Origin: Fibrobacterales bacterium
Lineage (GTDB): Bacteria > Fibrobacterota > Fibrobacteria > Fibrobacterales > CADBQJ01
NCBI GenBank assembly: GCA_017650365.1
Contig: JAGCEZ010000084.1
Span: forward strand, 38,202 to 102,201
Direction of reading: 5' to 3'
DNA: 64,000 bases
The notes under the pieces were generated by a model. It did no database searches. It was not told the origin of the DNA and saw only the letters and a list, made by a program, of their open reading frames with translations. This document shows, one piece after another, positions 49,390 to 57,833 of this stretch. Numbering within the stretch: the stretch's first letter is position 1; each line of letters begins with the position of its first letter. The translations under genes and the position numbers were made by a program.

Positions 49390-50139
49390 CTAGCGTTCCT
49401 TGTTCTTGAAGCGCTTGGCGCCGGCCTTCTGCAGCATCTTGGCGATGTCCGGCCAGCCGTTTTCCTGCGCGTAGGCCAGGGCGGTGTTGAAGTCCTTGTC
49501 GGTGTCGTTCAGCTCGCACTTGTTCTCGAGCAGCAGCTCCACCGCCTTGATCTTGCCGTTGTTGGTCGCGGTGATCAGCGCGTTGCGGCCGTCCGGGCCC
49601 TTGCAGTCGATGTCCACGCCGCGCTTGATGAACTCCTGCATCGCGGCGACGTTGCCGAATTCGGCGGCCTTGATGAAGGCGGGGGCCACGGCGGTGCCGA
49701 GCTTTTCGTCGCCGATCAGCTTCAGCTTGCGGTCCAGCAGCAGGCGGAGGACCGCCACGTGGTTCGGGGTGGAGCGGGTGGCGATGTCGAGCAGCAGGGT
49801 CGCGCCGGTGCTGTTCTGCACGTCCATGTTCGCGCCTTCGGAGAGGAGGTACTCGACCGCCTCCACGTTGCCCTTCGCCGAGGCCATCGCCAGGGCGGTG
49901 TTGCCGGAGGAGCCTTCGGCGTCCACGCTCATCGTGCCCTTGATGAACATGCGGAGCAGGGCCGTGTCGTTCTGGGCCGCGCAGTTCACGTAGGCGTCGT
50001 TGGTGAAGTGCTTCCCGTGCTTTTCCAGTTCCTTCTGGTAGTCGGCGGCGGTCCAGTCCTTGGGGTCCTTGGGACCGCAGGCGGAGAGAAGAAGGGCCGC
50101 GGAGGCGAGAGCGACGGTGGCGAAAACGTGGAATTTCAT
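49390..50139 (-). CDS. Ankyrin-repeat lipoprotein
   Basis: Lipobox LLLSAC; ankyrin repeats GNTALAMAS.KGNVEAVEYLL, GRNALITA, FNTALAYA. Confidence 0.88.
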   Translation of the reverse strand: MKFHVFATVALASAALLLSACGPKDPKDWTAADYQKELEKHGKHFTNDAYVNCAAQNDTALLRMFIKGTMSVDAEGSSGNTALAMASAKGNVEAVEYLLSEGANMDVQNSTGATLLLDIATRSTPNHVAVLRLLLDRKLKLIGDEKLGTAVAPAFIKAAEFGNVAAMQEFIKRGVDIDCKGPDGRNALITATNNGKIKAVELLLENKCELNDTDKDFNTALAYAQENGWPDIAKMLQKAGAKRFKNKER

Positions 50140-50243
50140 TCTATGTCCTTTGGATAGCGCCTATCCCTTTGGAGGGAAAATAGGTTTCTGCGCCGCCCCG
50201 TGAAAGATTTGGAATGTTAAATCGGCCAAAACGGGGCGGAAAA

Positions 50244-50300
50244 GGGCTCATCTGCGGCCGAAACGGGGCTTTTTCGGCTTTTTCGGGGGTTCGGGGGCCG
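50244..50300. repeat. Second copy of the rnr 3' end (direct repeat of 50720-50776)
   Basis: 43 bp identical, 57 bp with 2 mismatches; the minus strand encodes PEPPKKPKKPRFGRR-stop. Confidence 0.9.
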
Positions 50301-50371
50301 GCACGGCGACTCCGCAATTCGGAAACAGGCTGTTTCCAAATTTGGCGATGCGTTCTTCGAAGTGCCGTGGG

Positions 50372-50701
50372 GACACCATCTGTACATCCGTCCGGCTTCG
50401 CTGCTATGTCGTGATCGAGGTCAAGACATCCGCGTTCAAGCCGGAATTCCTCGGGCAATTGGGCGCCTACGCCGTCGCCGTGGACCATATCCTGCGAAAA
50501 GAGGACGACAACAAGACCATCGGCCTCCTCGTCTGCAAGACGAAGGACAACGTGCTCGCCAGATACGCGCTCGAATCCACGTCGCAGCCGATCGGCATTT
50601 CCGAATACGAGCTGTCGAAACTGTATCCCGAACGCGTCGAAGGGACGATTCCCACCACGGACGAAATCGAGGCGCGTCTCGTCGGCATTCCGGCGAAATG
50701 A
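50372..50701 (+). pseudogene. C-terminal remnant of a YhcG/DUF1016 PD-(D/E)XK nuclease-domain gene
   Basis: LRCYVVIEVK..FKPEFLGQLGAY..VD..LRKEDDNKTIGLLVCKTKD...YAL....QPIGISEY. The N-terminal two-thirds are missing, with an apparent 1-nt frameshift near 50395. Confidence 0.8.
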
Positions 50702-50719
50702 CACACGGCGAAAAAGAAG

Positions 50720-50776
50720 GGGCTCATCTGCGGCCGAAACGGGGCTTTTTCGGCTTTTTCGGCGGTTCCGGGGCCG
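50720..50776. repeat. rnr 3' end, direct-repeat partner of 50244-50300
   Basis: GGGCTCATCTGCGGCCGAAACGGGGCTTTTTCGGCTTTTTCGG occurs at both sites. Confidence 0.9.
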
Positions 50777-52829
50777 CGGCGGCCCCGCCTTCGGGCAGGA
50801 CCATCGTCAGGTCCAGCTCGTAGCGGTCCAGGTCCACCCGTTCCAGCCGGACGCGCAGCTCCTGGCCCCGGACGAAGATCCGGCGGTTGCGGCGCCCCAC
50901 GGTCCGGTCCTTCTCGGGGTCGTAGGTGTACCAGTCGCCGTCGATCGTCTCGTAGCGGACCACGCCCTCGGCGCCGGTTCCGGTCAGCTCGACCCACATG
51001 CCCCATTCCGAGAGTCCGGTGATCTTCCCGTCGAAGACCTCGCCCACGCGGTCCTTCACGATCCACGCGGCGCAGAGCTTCACGCCGTAGCGCTCGTTCT
51101 TCATCACCTCGATCTCGCGTTCGGAGATCGCCTCGGCCATCTCGTCCAGGCCGCGCCAGCGCTTCTTCTTCCCGGCGAGCGAGAGCGACATCGCGCGGTG
51201 GCACCAGAGGTCGGCGTAGCGGCGGATGGGCGAGGTGAAGTGGGCGTAGTCCTTCCAGTCCAGGGCGAAGTGGCCCATCGGGACCTCGCTGTAGCGCGCC
51301 TTCTGCATCGCGCGTAGCACCATGCGCCTCTTCTCCGCGTCGTCCTTCGCGTTGCGGACCAGCTTGCGGAAGAGCGCGAAGAGCTCGGGCACCACGGCGC
51401 AGCCGGGCGTCCCCTCGTCCACGGAGTCGAGCGCCTCGAAGAGGCGGCGGGGCGAGAAGCCCGTCCCCTCGAAGAGCCCCGGCTCGTTGCGGAACAGCTC
51501 CAGCACGTCCTGCGGGATCGGCGCGGGGTGGACGCGGTAGAGCCCCTGCAGCTTCCGCGACTTCATCATCTTCGCGCAGCAGCGGTTGGCCGCCAGCATG
51601 CAGTCCTCGATCCACTTCATCGATTCGATCTGCACGCGGTTCTCCACGCGCACGGGCTCGTTCTTCTCGTCGAAGACCACGCCCGATTCCGGCATGTCGA
51701 GTTCGAGCACGCCCTGCTCCTCGCGCCGCGCGCGCAGCAGCTCCGCCAGCTTCTTCAGCTGCGCGCAGGGGTCGTTCGGGTTCTTGGAGCGTTCGAGCGC
51801 CAGCGGGTAGGGCGGGTCGTCGTCCACGCGGATCACCGTCTTGGCGAAGCGGTATTCGGTCACGTCGCCCTCGGCCGAGACCTGCATTTGGCAGGAGAAG
51901 GCGAGGCGGTCCTGGTCCTTCATCAGCGAGCAGGCGTCGCCCGAGAGCGAGTCCGGGAGCATCGGCACCGCCTGCCAGGGCAGGTACTGCGTGAAGGCGC
52001 GGTCGCGCGCCTCGAGGTCGAGCGGAGAGCCCTCGGCCACGAACCACGACACGTCGGCGATGTGCACCCAGAGCTCCCAGGTGCCGTCCTTGTGCGGAAC
52101 GACCGAGACGGCGTCGTCGTGGTCGCGCGCCCCTTCGGGGTCGATGCAGAGCGTGTAGAGCTTGCGGCGGTCTTCGCGCTTCGGGATCTCGGCCTTCACG
52201 CCGGCGCAGGCGTTCGCCACCTGGCGGTCGATCTCCTCGCCGAACTCCTCGAAGAGGCCGTAGCGGGAGAGGAAGAGCCGCGCGAGCCCCTGGAAGTCCG
52301 ACGGGATCCGGGGCTCTTCGCCCGGCTCGCCGCGCTTCCGGCGCGGGCGCGGGTCCTCGAGCGCGGAGCCCTTGCGGAGCTTGGGGAGCGCCAGCTTCGG
52401 GTTTCCGAACGCCCCGGCCACCTGGGTCTTGCGGCGCGAGCGCGATTCGCCGAAGTCGCGGGGGCTGCGCCCGCCCTGGACGCGGACATCCCGCAGTTGC
52501 TCTTCGCGGCCGCCGCGCCCGCCGGCGGAGCGGTCCACGGGTTCGCGCCTCTGCTTGCGGTTCGGCGCCGGCGCGGGTTCTTCGTTCCGCCCGCGGCGTC
52601 CCTTGCGCCCCTGGCGGCCCGGCTCTCCGAGCTCGCCCACGAGGCGGTAGTACTTCTTCTGGGAAAGCACCAGTTCGCCGTCGCGGACCATGCCGTCGAG
52701 CAGGCGGCGGAAGCGGTCCTTTTCGCCGCGCGGGACCATCAGGTATTCGCGCAGGTCGGAGGCGGTGTACTGCTTGCCGGGGTTTTCGAGGAACTGCTGG
52801 AGGACTCGGTCGCTGTTCGGGAATTTCAT
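50724..52829 (-). CDS. rnr: Ribonuclease R / RNB-family exoribonuclease
   Basis: N-terminal wHTH, IDPEGARDHDDA, IEDCMLAAN, HFTSPIRRYADL, C-terminal S1 domain. Confidence 0.88.
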   Translation of the reverse strand: MKFPNSDRVLQQFLENPGKQYTASDLREYLMVPRGEKDRFRRLLDGMVRDGELVLSQKKYYRLVGELGEPGRQGRKGRRGRNEEPAPAPNRKQRREPVDRSAGGRGGREEQLRDVRVQGGRSPRDFGESRSRRKTQVAGAFGNPKLALPKLRKGSALEDPRPRRKRGEPGEEPRIPSDFQGLARLFLSRYGLFEEFGEEIDRQVANACAGVKAEIPKREDRRKLYTLCIDPEGARDHDDAVSVVPHKDGTWELWVHIADVSWFVAEGSPLDLEARDRAFTQYLPWQAVPMLPDSLSGDACSLMKDQDRLAFSCQMQVSAEGDVTEYRFAKTVIRVDDDPPYPLALERSKNPNDPCAQLKKLAELLRARREEQGVLELDMPESGVVFDEKNEPVRVENRVQIESMKWIEDCMLAANRCCAKMMKSRKLQGLYRVHPAPIPQDVLELFRNEPGLFEGTGFSPRRLFEALDSVDEGTPGCAVVPELFALFRKLVRNAKDDAEKRRMVLRAMQKARYSEVPMGHFALDWKDYAHFTSPIRRYADLWCHRAMSLSLAGKKKRWRGLDEMAEAISEREIEVMKNERYGVKLCAAWIVKDRVGEVFDGKITGLSEWGMWVELTGTGAEGVVRYETIDGDWYTYDPEKDRTVGRRNRRIFVRGQELRVRLERVDLDRYELDLTMVLPEGGAAAAPEPPKKPKKPRFGRR

Positions 52830-52873
52830 ACCCTCAATCTACCAACCGGAGGGCCTCCGCGAACCGATTTTTT

Positions 52874-53602
52874 TCAGGAAGCGGAGGCTTCGGCGGGCAG
52901 GGCGGAGGCGATCGCCGCGCGGACGCGGTCGTGCAGCTCGTTCCACTCCATCTTCGCCACCTCTTCGGCGGGAATCGGATCGTGGACCGTCACCTTGACC
53001 GTGCCTGGGAAGACCCCGAAGCGGTTCTTCGGCATCACCTTCCAGGCGCCGTCGATCGTCACGGGCCAGACCTCCAGGGGCTGTCCGGCCACGATCTTGA
53101 AGATCCCCGTCTTGAACTTGTTCAGCGAGCCGTCCGTCGAGCGCGTCCCCTCGGGGAAGACGCCGTAGGAGTAGCCCTTCCCGATCATCGCCGCCATCCG
53201 CGGGCCGATCTGCGCGTTGGCCTTCGGGTCCTTGCGCATCACCTCGATGCAGCCCACGCGGCGCATCGGGATTCCCAGCAGCGGAATGGAGTAGAGCTCC
53301 TTCTTCGCGAGGAAGGCCACGGGGCGCACCCAGCCGGTCACGAGGGGGATGTCGAGCCAGCTCTGGTGGTTCGAGAGGATCACGGCGCTGCGGCGGGGGT
53401 CGAACCCCTCGGGGTAGCTGGCCTCGACCTTCACGCCCAGCAGGGCGAAGAGGAACCAGTGGAAGGGGGTCATGGGCCAGCCCACGCGGGAGCGGTCCTT
53501 CATGAAGGTGGTGACGACCCACCAGACGGGCATCACCGTCAGCAGCCCGAAGAGGATGATGACCAGATAGACCAGTTTCCCGAACGCGCCGCGGACCGCC
53601 AT
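52874..53602 (-). CDS. plsC: 1-acyl-sn-glycerol-3-phosphate acyltransferase
   Basis: NHQSWLD, FLAKKEL, FPEGTRS. Confidence 0.9.
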   Translation of the reverse strand: MAVRGAFGKLVYLVIILFGLLTVMPVWWVVTTFMKDRSRVGWPMTPFHWFLFALLGVKVEASYPEGFDPRRSAVILSNHQSWLDIPLVTGWVRPVAFLAKKELYSIPLLGIPMRRVGCIEVMRKDPKANAQIGPRMAAMIGKGYSYGVFPEGTRSTDGSLNKFKTGIFKIVAGQPLEVWPVTIDGAWKVMPKNRFGVFPGTVKVTVHDPIPAEEVAKMEWNELHDRVRAAIASALPAEASAS

Positions 53603-53606
53603 CGTC

Positions 53607-54641
53607 TCAGCCCTCCGCCAGTTCGAACATCTTCCGGATGCAGGCCAGGGCCCGTTCGGCCACGTCCGCGGGCACCGTCACTTCGTCCCCGGGGGCGGGG
53701 TTCTCGAGCACGCGGAGGATTCCCTCGAGCGAGTTGGACTTCATGTAGCGGCACATCTGGCACGACCCCACGAAGGTCTTGCCGGGGTATTCGCACTGGA
53801 CGCGGGCCGCGAGCCCGCATTCGGTCAGCAGCATGAAGCGGTCGTCGCACGAGCCGGCGATGTAGCGCAGCATCTGCTCGGTGGAGCCGACCACGTCGGA
53901 GCGTTCGGCGATCTCCTCGGAGCACTCGGGGTGGGAGAGGACCTTCAGCCCGGGGTTGCGCATCCGGAGGAAATCCAGCAGCTCGGGGTCGTAGGATTCG
54001 TGGACGTGGCAGGCGCCGTCGGAGGTCAGAATCTCCTTCTTCACGCCGCGCTTCGCCAGCTCGTTGCGGAGGTTCTGGCCCATCAGCCGGTCGGGCAGGA
54101 AGAAGATTTTGTCGCTCGGGATGCGCTCGACCACCTTGAAGACGTTGCCCGAGGTGACGCAGACGTCGCACTGGGCCTTCACCGCCGCGGTGGTGTTGAT
54201 GTAGCAGACGAACACGTGGTCCGGATGCGCCTTGCGCAGCTCGGCGACCTGTTCTGCCGTGATGCTGTCGGCCAGGGAGCAGCGCCCGTCCGTCGCGGGG
54301 AGCAGCACGCGCTTCGTCGGGTTCAGGAGCTTGGCCGTCTCGGCCATGAAGCGGACCGCGGCGAAGACGATCACGTCGCTCTCCGTCTCCGACGCCCGCT
54401 TGGAAAGCATGTAGGAATCGCCGGTGAAATCCGCCACGCCGGCCACGATCTCCGACCCGGTGTAGGTATGGGCGAGAATCGTCGCGTTCCTCTCGCGCTT
54501 CAGCTCGCGGATCCGGGCCACCAGCGGGGCCATGCGCTCGCAGGCCGCGCGGTCGTAAAGGCAGGGCGAAACGGAGGCCGAAACGCCGGCGAGCTTCCCG
54601 TAAAGCTCGTCCGCGATCGCGTCAAGGGCTTCTTTTTCCAT
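53607..54641 (-). CDS. nadA: Quinolinate synthase
   Basis: ILAHTY, GDSY, VRFMAETAK, CSLAD, YINT, CVTSGN, CHVH, HPEC, C..MK. Confidence 0.95.
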   Translation of the reverse strand: MEKEALDAIADELYGKLAGVSASVSPCLYDRAACERMAPLVARIRELKRERNATILAHTYTGSEIVAGVADFTGDSYMLSKRASETESDVIVFAAVRFMAETAKLLNPTKRVLLPATDGRCSLADSITAEQVAELRKAHPDHVFVCYINTTAAVKAQCDVCVTSGNVFKVVERIPSDKIFFLPDRLMGQNLRNELAKRGVKKEILTSDGACHVHESYDPELLDFLRMRNPGLKVLSHPECSEEIAERSDVVGSTEQMLRYIAGSCDDRFMLLTECGLAARVQCEYPGKTFVGSCQMCRYMKSNSLEGILRVLENPAPGDEVTVPADVAERALACIRKMFELAEG

Positions 54642-54715
54642 GGGGCTAAAAATAGCAGTCCGCGCTCCCCCGGCCTACTGCTTCGCCACGCCCTCCGCCC
54701 CTTCGGCGGGTTTGC

Positions 54716-54745
54716 CAAAACACTATCATTTTTGCTAGTGTTTTG
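54716..54745. promoter_or_regulatory. Inverted-repeat operator upstream of the AbiEi-like antitoxin
   Basis: Perfect CAAAACACTA-N10-TAGTGTTTTG ending just before the ATG; AbiEi-family antitoxins autoregulate via promoter inverted repeats. Confidence 0.65.
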
Positions 54746-54747
54746 AC

Positions 54748-55284
54748 ATGACCGATTATCAAGCCGTCTACGAGGACGCCATCGACAATTACGGGCTCGT
54801 CACGACCCGGAGGGCGAAGGAGCTGGGGCTCGCGCCCAACGCCCTGGCGCAGCTGGCGCATCGGAAACGGCTGGAACGCGTCGGGCACGGAGTCTACCGC
54901 CTCGCCGCGCCGATTCCGTTCGCGGGAAAGGCTCCGGCCTACGCGCTCGCCGTGGAACAGGTCGGCCGCGACGCCCTGCTCTGGGGCGAATCCGTCCTCG
55001 CGCTCCTTGCCCTGTGTCCGACCGACCCGGCCCGCATCCACGTCGGAATCGCCGGCCGCTTCCGGCGCCGCGTTCCCGAAGGCGTCGTCGTCCACCCGGC
55101 CCCGGTTGCCGCGGAAACCGCGGTTTACGAGGGCATCCGCTCCCAGCCCGTCCGGGACGCCCTGCGCGCGTGCCGTGGTTCGATGATGCCGGAGCGGCTT
55201 CTCGCCGCCGCGAAAAAAGCGCGGGAGCGCGGTCTTCTGACGGAGCGAGAATACGAATCCGCGCGGAAGGAGCTCGCGAAATGA
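54748..55284 (+). CDS. Type IV toxin-antitoxin antitoxin, AbiEi family
   Basis: N-terminal wHTH NYGLVTTRRAKELG...RLERVGHGVYRL, then ALLWGESVLALL. Confidence 0.8.
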   Translation: MTDYQAVYEDAIDNYGLVTTRRAKELGLAPNALAQLAHRKRLERVGHGVYRLAAPIPFAGKAPAYALAVEQVGRDALLWGESVLALLALCPTDPARIHVGIAGRFRRRVPEGVVVHPAPVAAETAVYEGIRSQPVRDALRACRGSMMPERLLAAAKKARERGLLTEREYESARKELAK

Positions 55285-55474
55285 CCAAGGCGCCGGTTCC
55301 AGTGATTAGTCGTTAGGGACCAGTCGCCAGTGCGAAGCTAGGCGTCCGCGCGGCGAACCGGAATGGGAAACGCTCTACGCCGCGCAATCGGAAAACGTCT
55401 CCGTTCTCCCGACCGTCGAAGAGGCGGTCGCGTGGGCGCAGCAGCTGGTCGCGAAAATCGACGCGGCGCAATAA
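55281..55474 (+). pseudogene. Internally deleted AbiEii-like toxin gene (start stub + C-terminal remnant)
   Basis: The ATG overlaps the antitoxin stop (ATGA) and stops after 11 codons. In another frame GEPEWETLYAAQSENVSVLPTVEEAVAWAQQLVAKIDAAQ-stop (to 55474) resembles the C-terminus of AbiEii-like nucleotidyltransferases. Confidence 0.6.
55301..55335. repeat. Degenerate heptamer tandem array
   Basis: AGTGATT AGTCGTT AGGGACC AGTCGCC AGTGCGA, five units with exact 7-nt period. Confidence 0.6.
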
Positions 55475-55512
55475 AAAACGCCGGGTTCAAGGTCCCAGGG
55501 ATTAGGGCGAAT

Positions 55513-55938
55513 TTAGGCCTTCTCGCCTGGAATCATGAAGAAGCGTTCCCAGTTCTCGCGGTATTCCGGGAGATCGTACTCTTTGGGATTCACCCACCAC
55601 GAACCTTTCCCATCCAGGTGCGCGGCCTTCTTGACTTCTTCCGGAGACAGCAAGTACGTCACATATTCCTTGTCTGTCTTGCGCACCACCACGCACCAAA
55701 CATCACCCATCACCTTATCCAGGCTCGGCCCCAGTGGAATCGGGCAGCGCTTGGAAAACGACTTCACCTGCACACCTAGAAAGCCCTTGCCATCCGGCAT
55801 GTAGGCAACGATGTCGATCCCTTTTGCGTTCCGTGCCGTCGGCATCACGTTCCAACCCATCTTGGACAGTTGGAAGCAGACGTAATACATCCCCACGTTG
55901 CCGACGATCTGGGAAGGAAGTTTGGATGAAGTTTTCAT
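55513..55938 (-). CDS. Small PD-(D/E)XK restriction-endonuclease-fold protein
   Basis: IVGNVGMYYVCFQLSKMGWNV...KGIDIVAY...GVQVKS, a D...QxK variant of the nuclease motif. Confidence 0.6.
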   Translation of the reverse strand: MKTSSKLPSQIVGNVGMYYVCFQLSKMGWNVMPTARNAKGIDIVAYMPDGKGFLGVQVKSFSKRCPIPLGPSLDKVMGDVWCVVVRKTDKEYVTYLLSPEEVKKAAHLDGKGSWWVNPKEYDLPEYRENWERFFMIPGEKA

Positions 55939-55983
55939 AGACGGACCCTCTTAGCTTGAAAAACTGCTTGGTTACAGAAATAG

Positions 55984-56709
55984 CTACACATCCGGCATAG
56001 CTTGGCAAATTTTGCCGTTAAGCAACTTGCCATTTGCAGCTTTGGAACGTTTAACGCCATCAAAGCCCCACGCGCCCCATTGCTTGAAAAAGAAGGCCGA
56101 CTTGTATCTTGCCGCCTGTTTCTGGATGCTCTCGACCCAGGCTTTCTGCATCGGCCTCGCCTTGGGACCGCTTTCGCCACCCACAATCACCCAATGGATG
56201 TCTTTGAGATTCAGCCTACCCAAATCGCTTAGCAACGGTTCGCAAGACAAGAAGCGGACCCGGGCCTTGATTCGCCGCAGGACATCGATGCGCTCTTTGC
56301 GAGCTGCGCTTTCAACCGTCACGCCGATCCAAACATTATCGGGAACTTTCCGGGTTACGAAATACCGTTCCATCCGTTCGGCACGTTTGGTGAGAATCTG
56401 GAAACGGTGGTTCTCGGCATTCCGAATGGTGTTGAAAACCTTGTCGACAAAGGCAAACGGAACCTTTTCGTTGAACAGGTCGCTCATAGAGCACACGAAT
56501 ATATTGCTCGGCGATTTCCAATGAAGCGGTTCTTCCAAAGACTCCTCATGCAAGGCCACGGAAAAGCCATTCTTGTATTTCTCCAGCCCCATGCTTTGCA
56601 GGCGCCGCGACATCATCGCCGCATAGCAGTTGGCGCAACCTTCTGACATCCGGTCGCAACCCGTAACCGGATTCCACGTCTGGTCAGTCCATTCGATCTT
56701 TGTCTTCAT
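55984..56709 (-). CDS. DUF5131 (phage Gp37/Gp68) family protein with three-Cys motif
   Basis: IEWTDQTWNPVTGCDRMSEGCANCYA (Cx6Cx2C), FVCSMSDLF, FQILTKR, FLSCEPLL, WVIVGGESG, FFFKQWG. Confidence 0.92.
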   Translation of the reverse strand: MKTKIEWTDQTWNPVTGCDRMSEGCANCYAAMMSRRLQSMGLEKYKNGFSVALHEESLEEPLHWKSPSNIFVCSMSDLFNEKVPFAFVDKVFNTIRNAENHRFQILTKRAERMERYFVTRKVPDNVWIGVTVESAARKERIDVLRRIKARVRFLSCEPLLSDLGRLNLKDIHWVIVGGESGPKARPMQKAWVESIQKQAARYKSAFFFKQWGAWGFDGVKRSKAANGKLLNGKICQAMPDV

Positions 56710-57809
56710 TTTACCAGCTCAATCGCGACTTTTGCGTTCTTTCCGTCGCTCAAGTAAAACGTATTCTTCCTAATTCTCGTGTCGGCGTTATATGCTCTAA
56801 TCCGGATTAGGTCTTGTTCGGCAAAAAACTTCAGCACGTCCGTTCCGTGGCGCGGAAGAGAGCCGTTCTCATAGCAAAAATCACGGATATCGACATTCGT
56901 TTTTGGTCCATCTTCCAAGAACTCCCTCATCTTGATTTTCAAAGAATCGCTGAAAAACTCCTGTAGAAACGATGTTTGTCCGACGTTGCATTTGACAAAG
57001 CCAGCGCCTTCGTCCTCGTCGATTTCCCACTTTGTTTCAACGAATTTCTCCAGCCCTTTGCGATTGCTCGAGCAATAAATCAAGCAATTATGTCCACGGC
57101 CGGCATCATCCTGGATGATGAAGCTGTCGACGAATACACCCAACTCTTTGCGGAGCCTTTCAAGGATGTTTCTAGCGAAGTCGACATCGTTCTCAATCAC
57201 AGAAACATCTGGCACAAGAATGAAATCGTCAAGGAATGTTCGAATCGCATTAATCATTCTGCCCTTGAATCTGTATATGAAGGATACAGGCAAGAACAGT
57301 AGCACTTCGGTATCGCCGTCTTTTAGGATTTCCTTCATATCTGCCAATCGAATGCCACTATATCCAAAAGGGTCGATGAAGAAGAATCGCTTGAAGTAGT
57401 TATGGGTCTTGTGTTTGCTAAGAATTTGTGGCAACAAGTCCGCGTAGTCTTTGTTTTGGACGTCCGTCTCCACCCAATTGATCTTCTGGATTCTATGGTT
57501 GTCAACGAACGCTTTTAGCTTCCGATGATTTTCCGGATCACTTTCGTTAAAACAGATCTTTACCTGCAACCCTTCCAAATATGTTTGAGCCAAGTAGTCC
57601 AATAATATCATCGGGCTACCCGGATTCCCACGCTCATCTTTTCCGGGACCAGCGAACAAGTCGGCGATATAGACGGTGTCCTTTTTGTTCCTGTTCCACG
57701 ATTGCTGATAAGCTTTGCTCAATACCTTAAGATACCTGGCGATATACGCCCTATAGACGCCAAGCTTAGCCTTGGTCGAATCATTGAACTCATCGAAGAA
57801 GTCGGACAT
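56706..57809 (-). CDS. Three-Cys-motif partner protein (TcmP-like, methyltransferase-like fold)
   Basis: STKAKLGVYRAYI, YIADLFAGPG...GSP, FFFIDPFGYS; stop overlaps the DUF5131 start; SD-like GGAG upstream of the ATG at 57809. Confidence 0.85.
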   Translation of the reverse strand: MSDFFDEFNDSTKAKLGVYRAYIARYLKVLSKAYQQSWNRNKKDTVYIADLFAGPGKDERGNPGSPMILLDYLAQTYLEGLQVKICFNESDPENHRKLKAFVDNHRIQKINWVETDVQNKDYADLLPQILSKHKTHNYFKRFFFIDPFGYSGIRLADMKEILKDGDTEVLLFLPVSFIYRFKGRMINAIRTFLDDFILVPDVSVIENDVDFARNILERLRKELGVFVDSFIIQDDAGRGHNCLIYCSSNRKGLEKFVETKWEIDEDEGAGFVKCNVGQTSFLQEFFSDSLKIKMREFLEDGPKTNVDIRDFCYENGSLPRHGTDVLKFFAEQDLIRIRAYNADTRIRKNTFYLSDGKNAKVAIELVK

Positions 57810-57833
57810 ACACCCACTCCCACATTGCAATTG

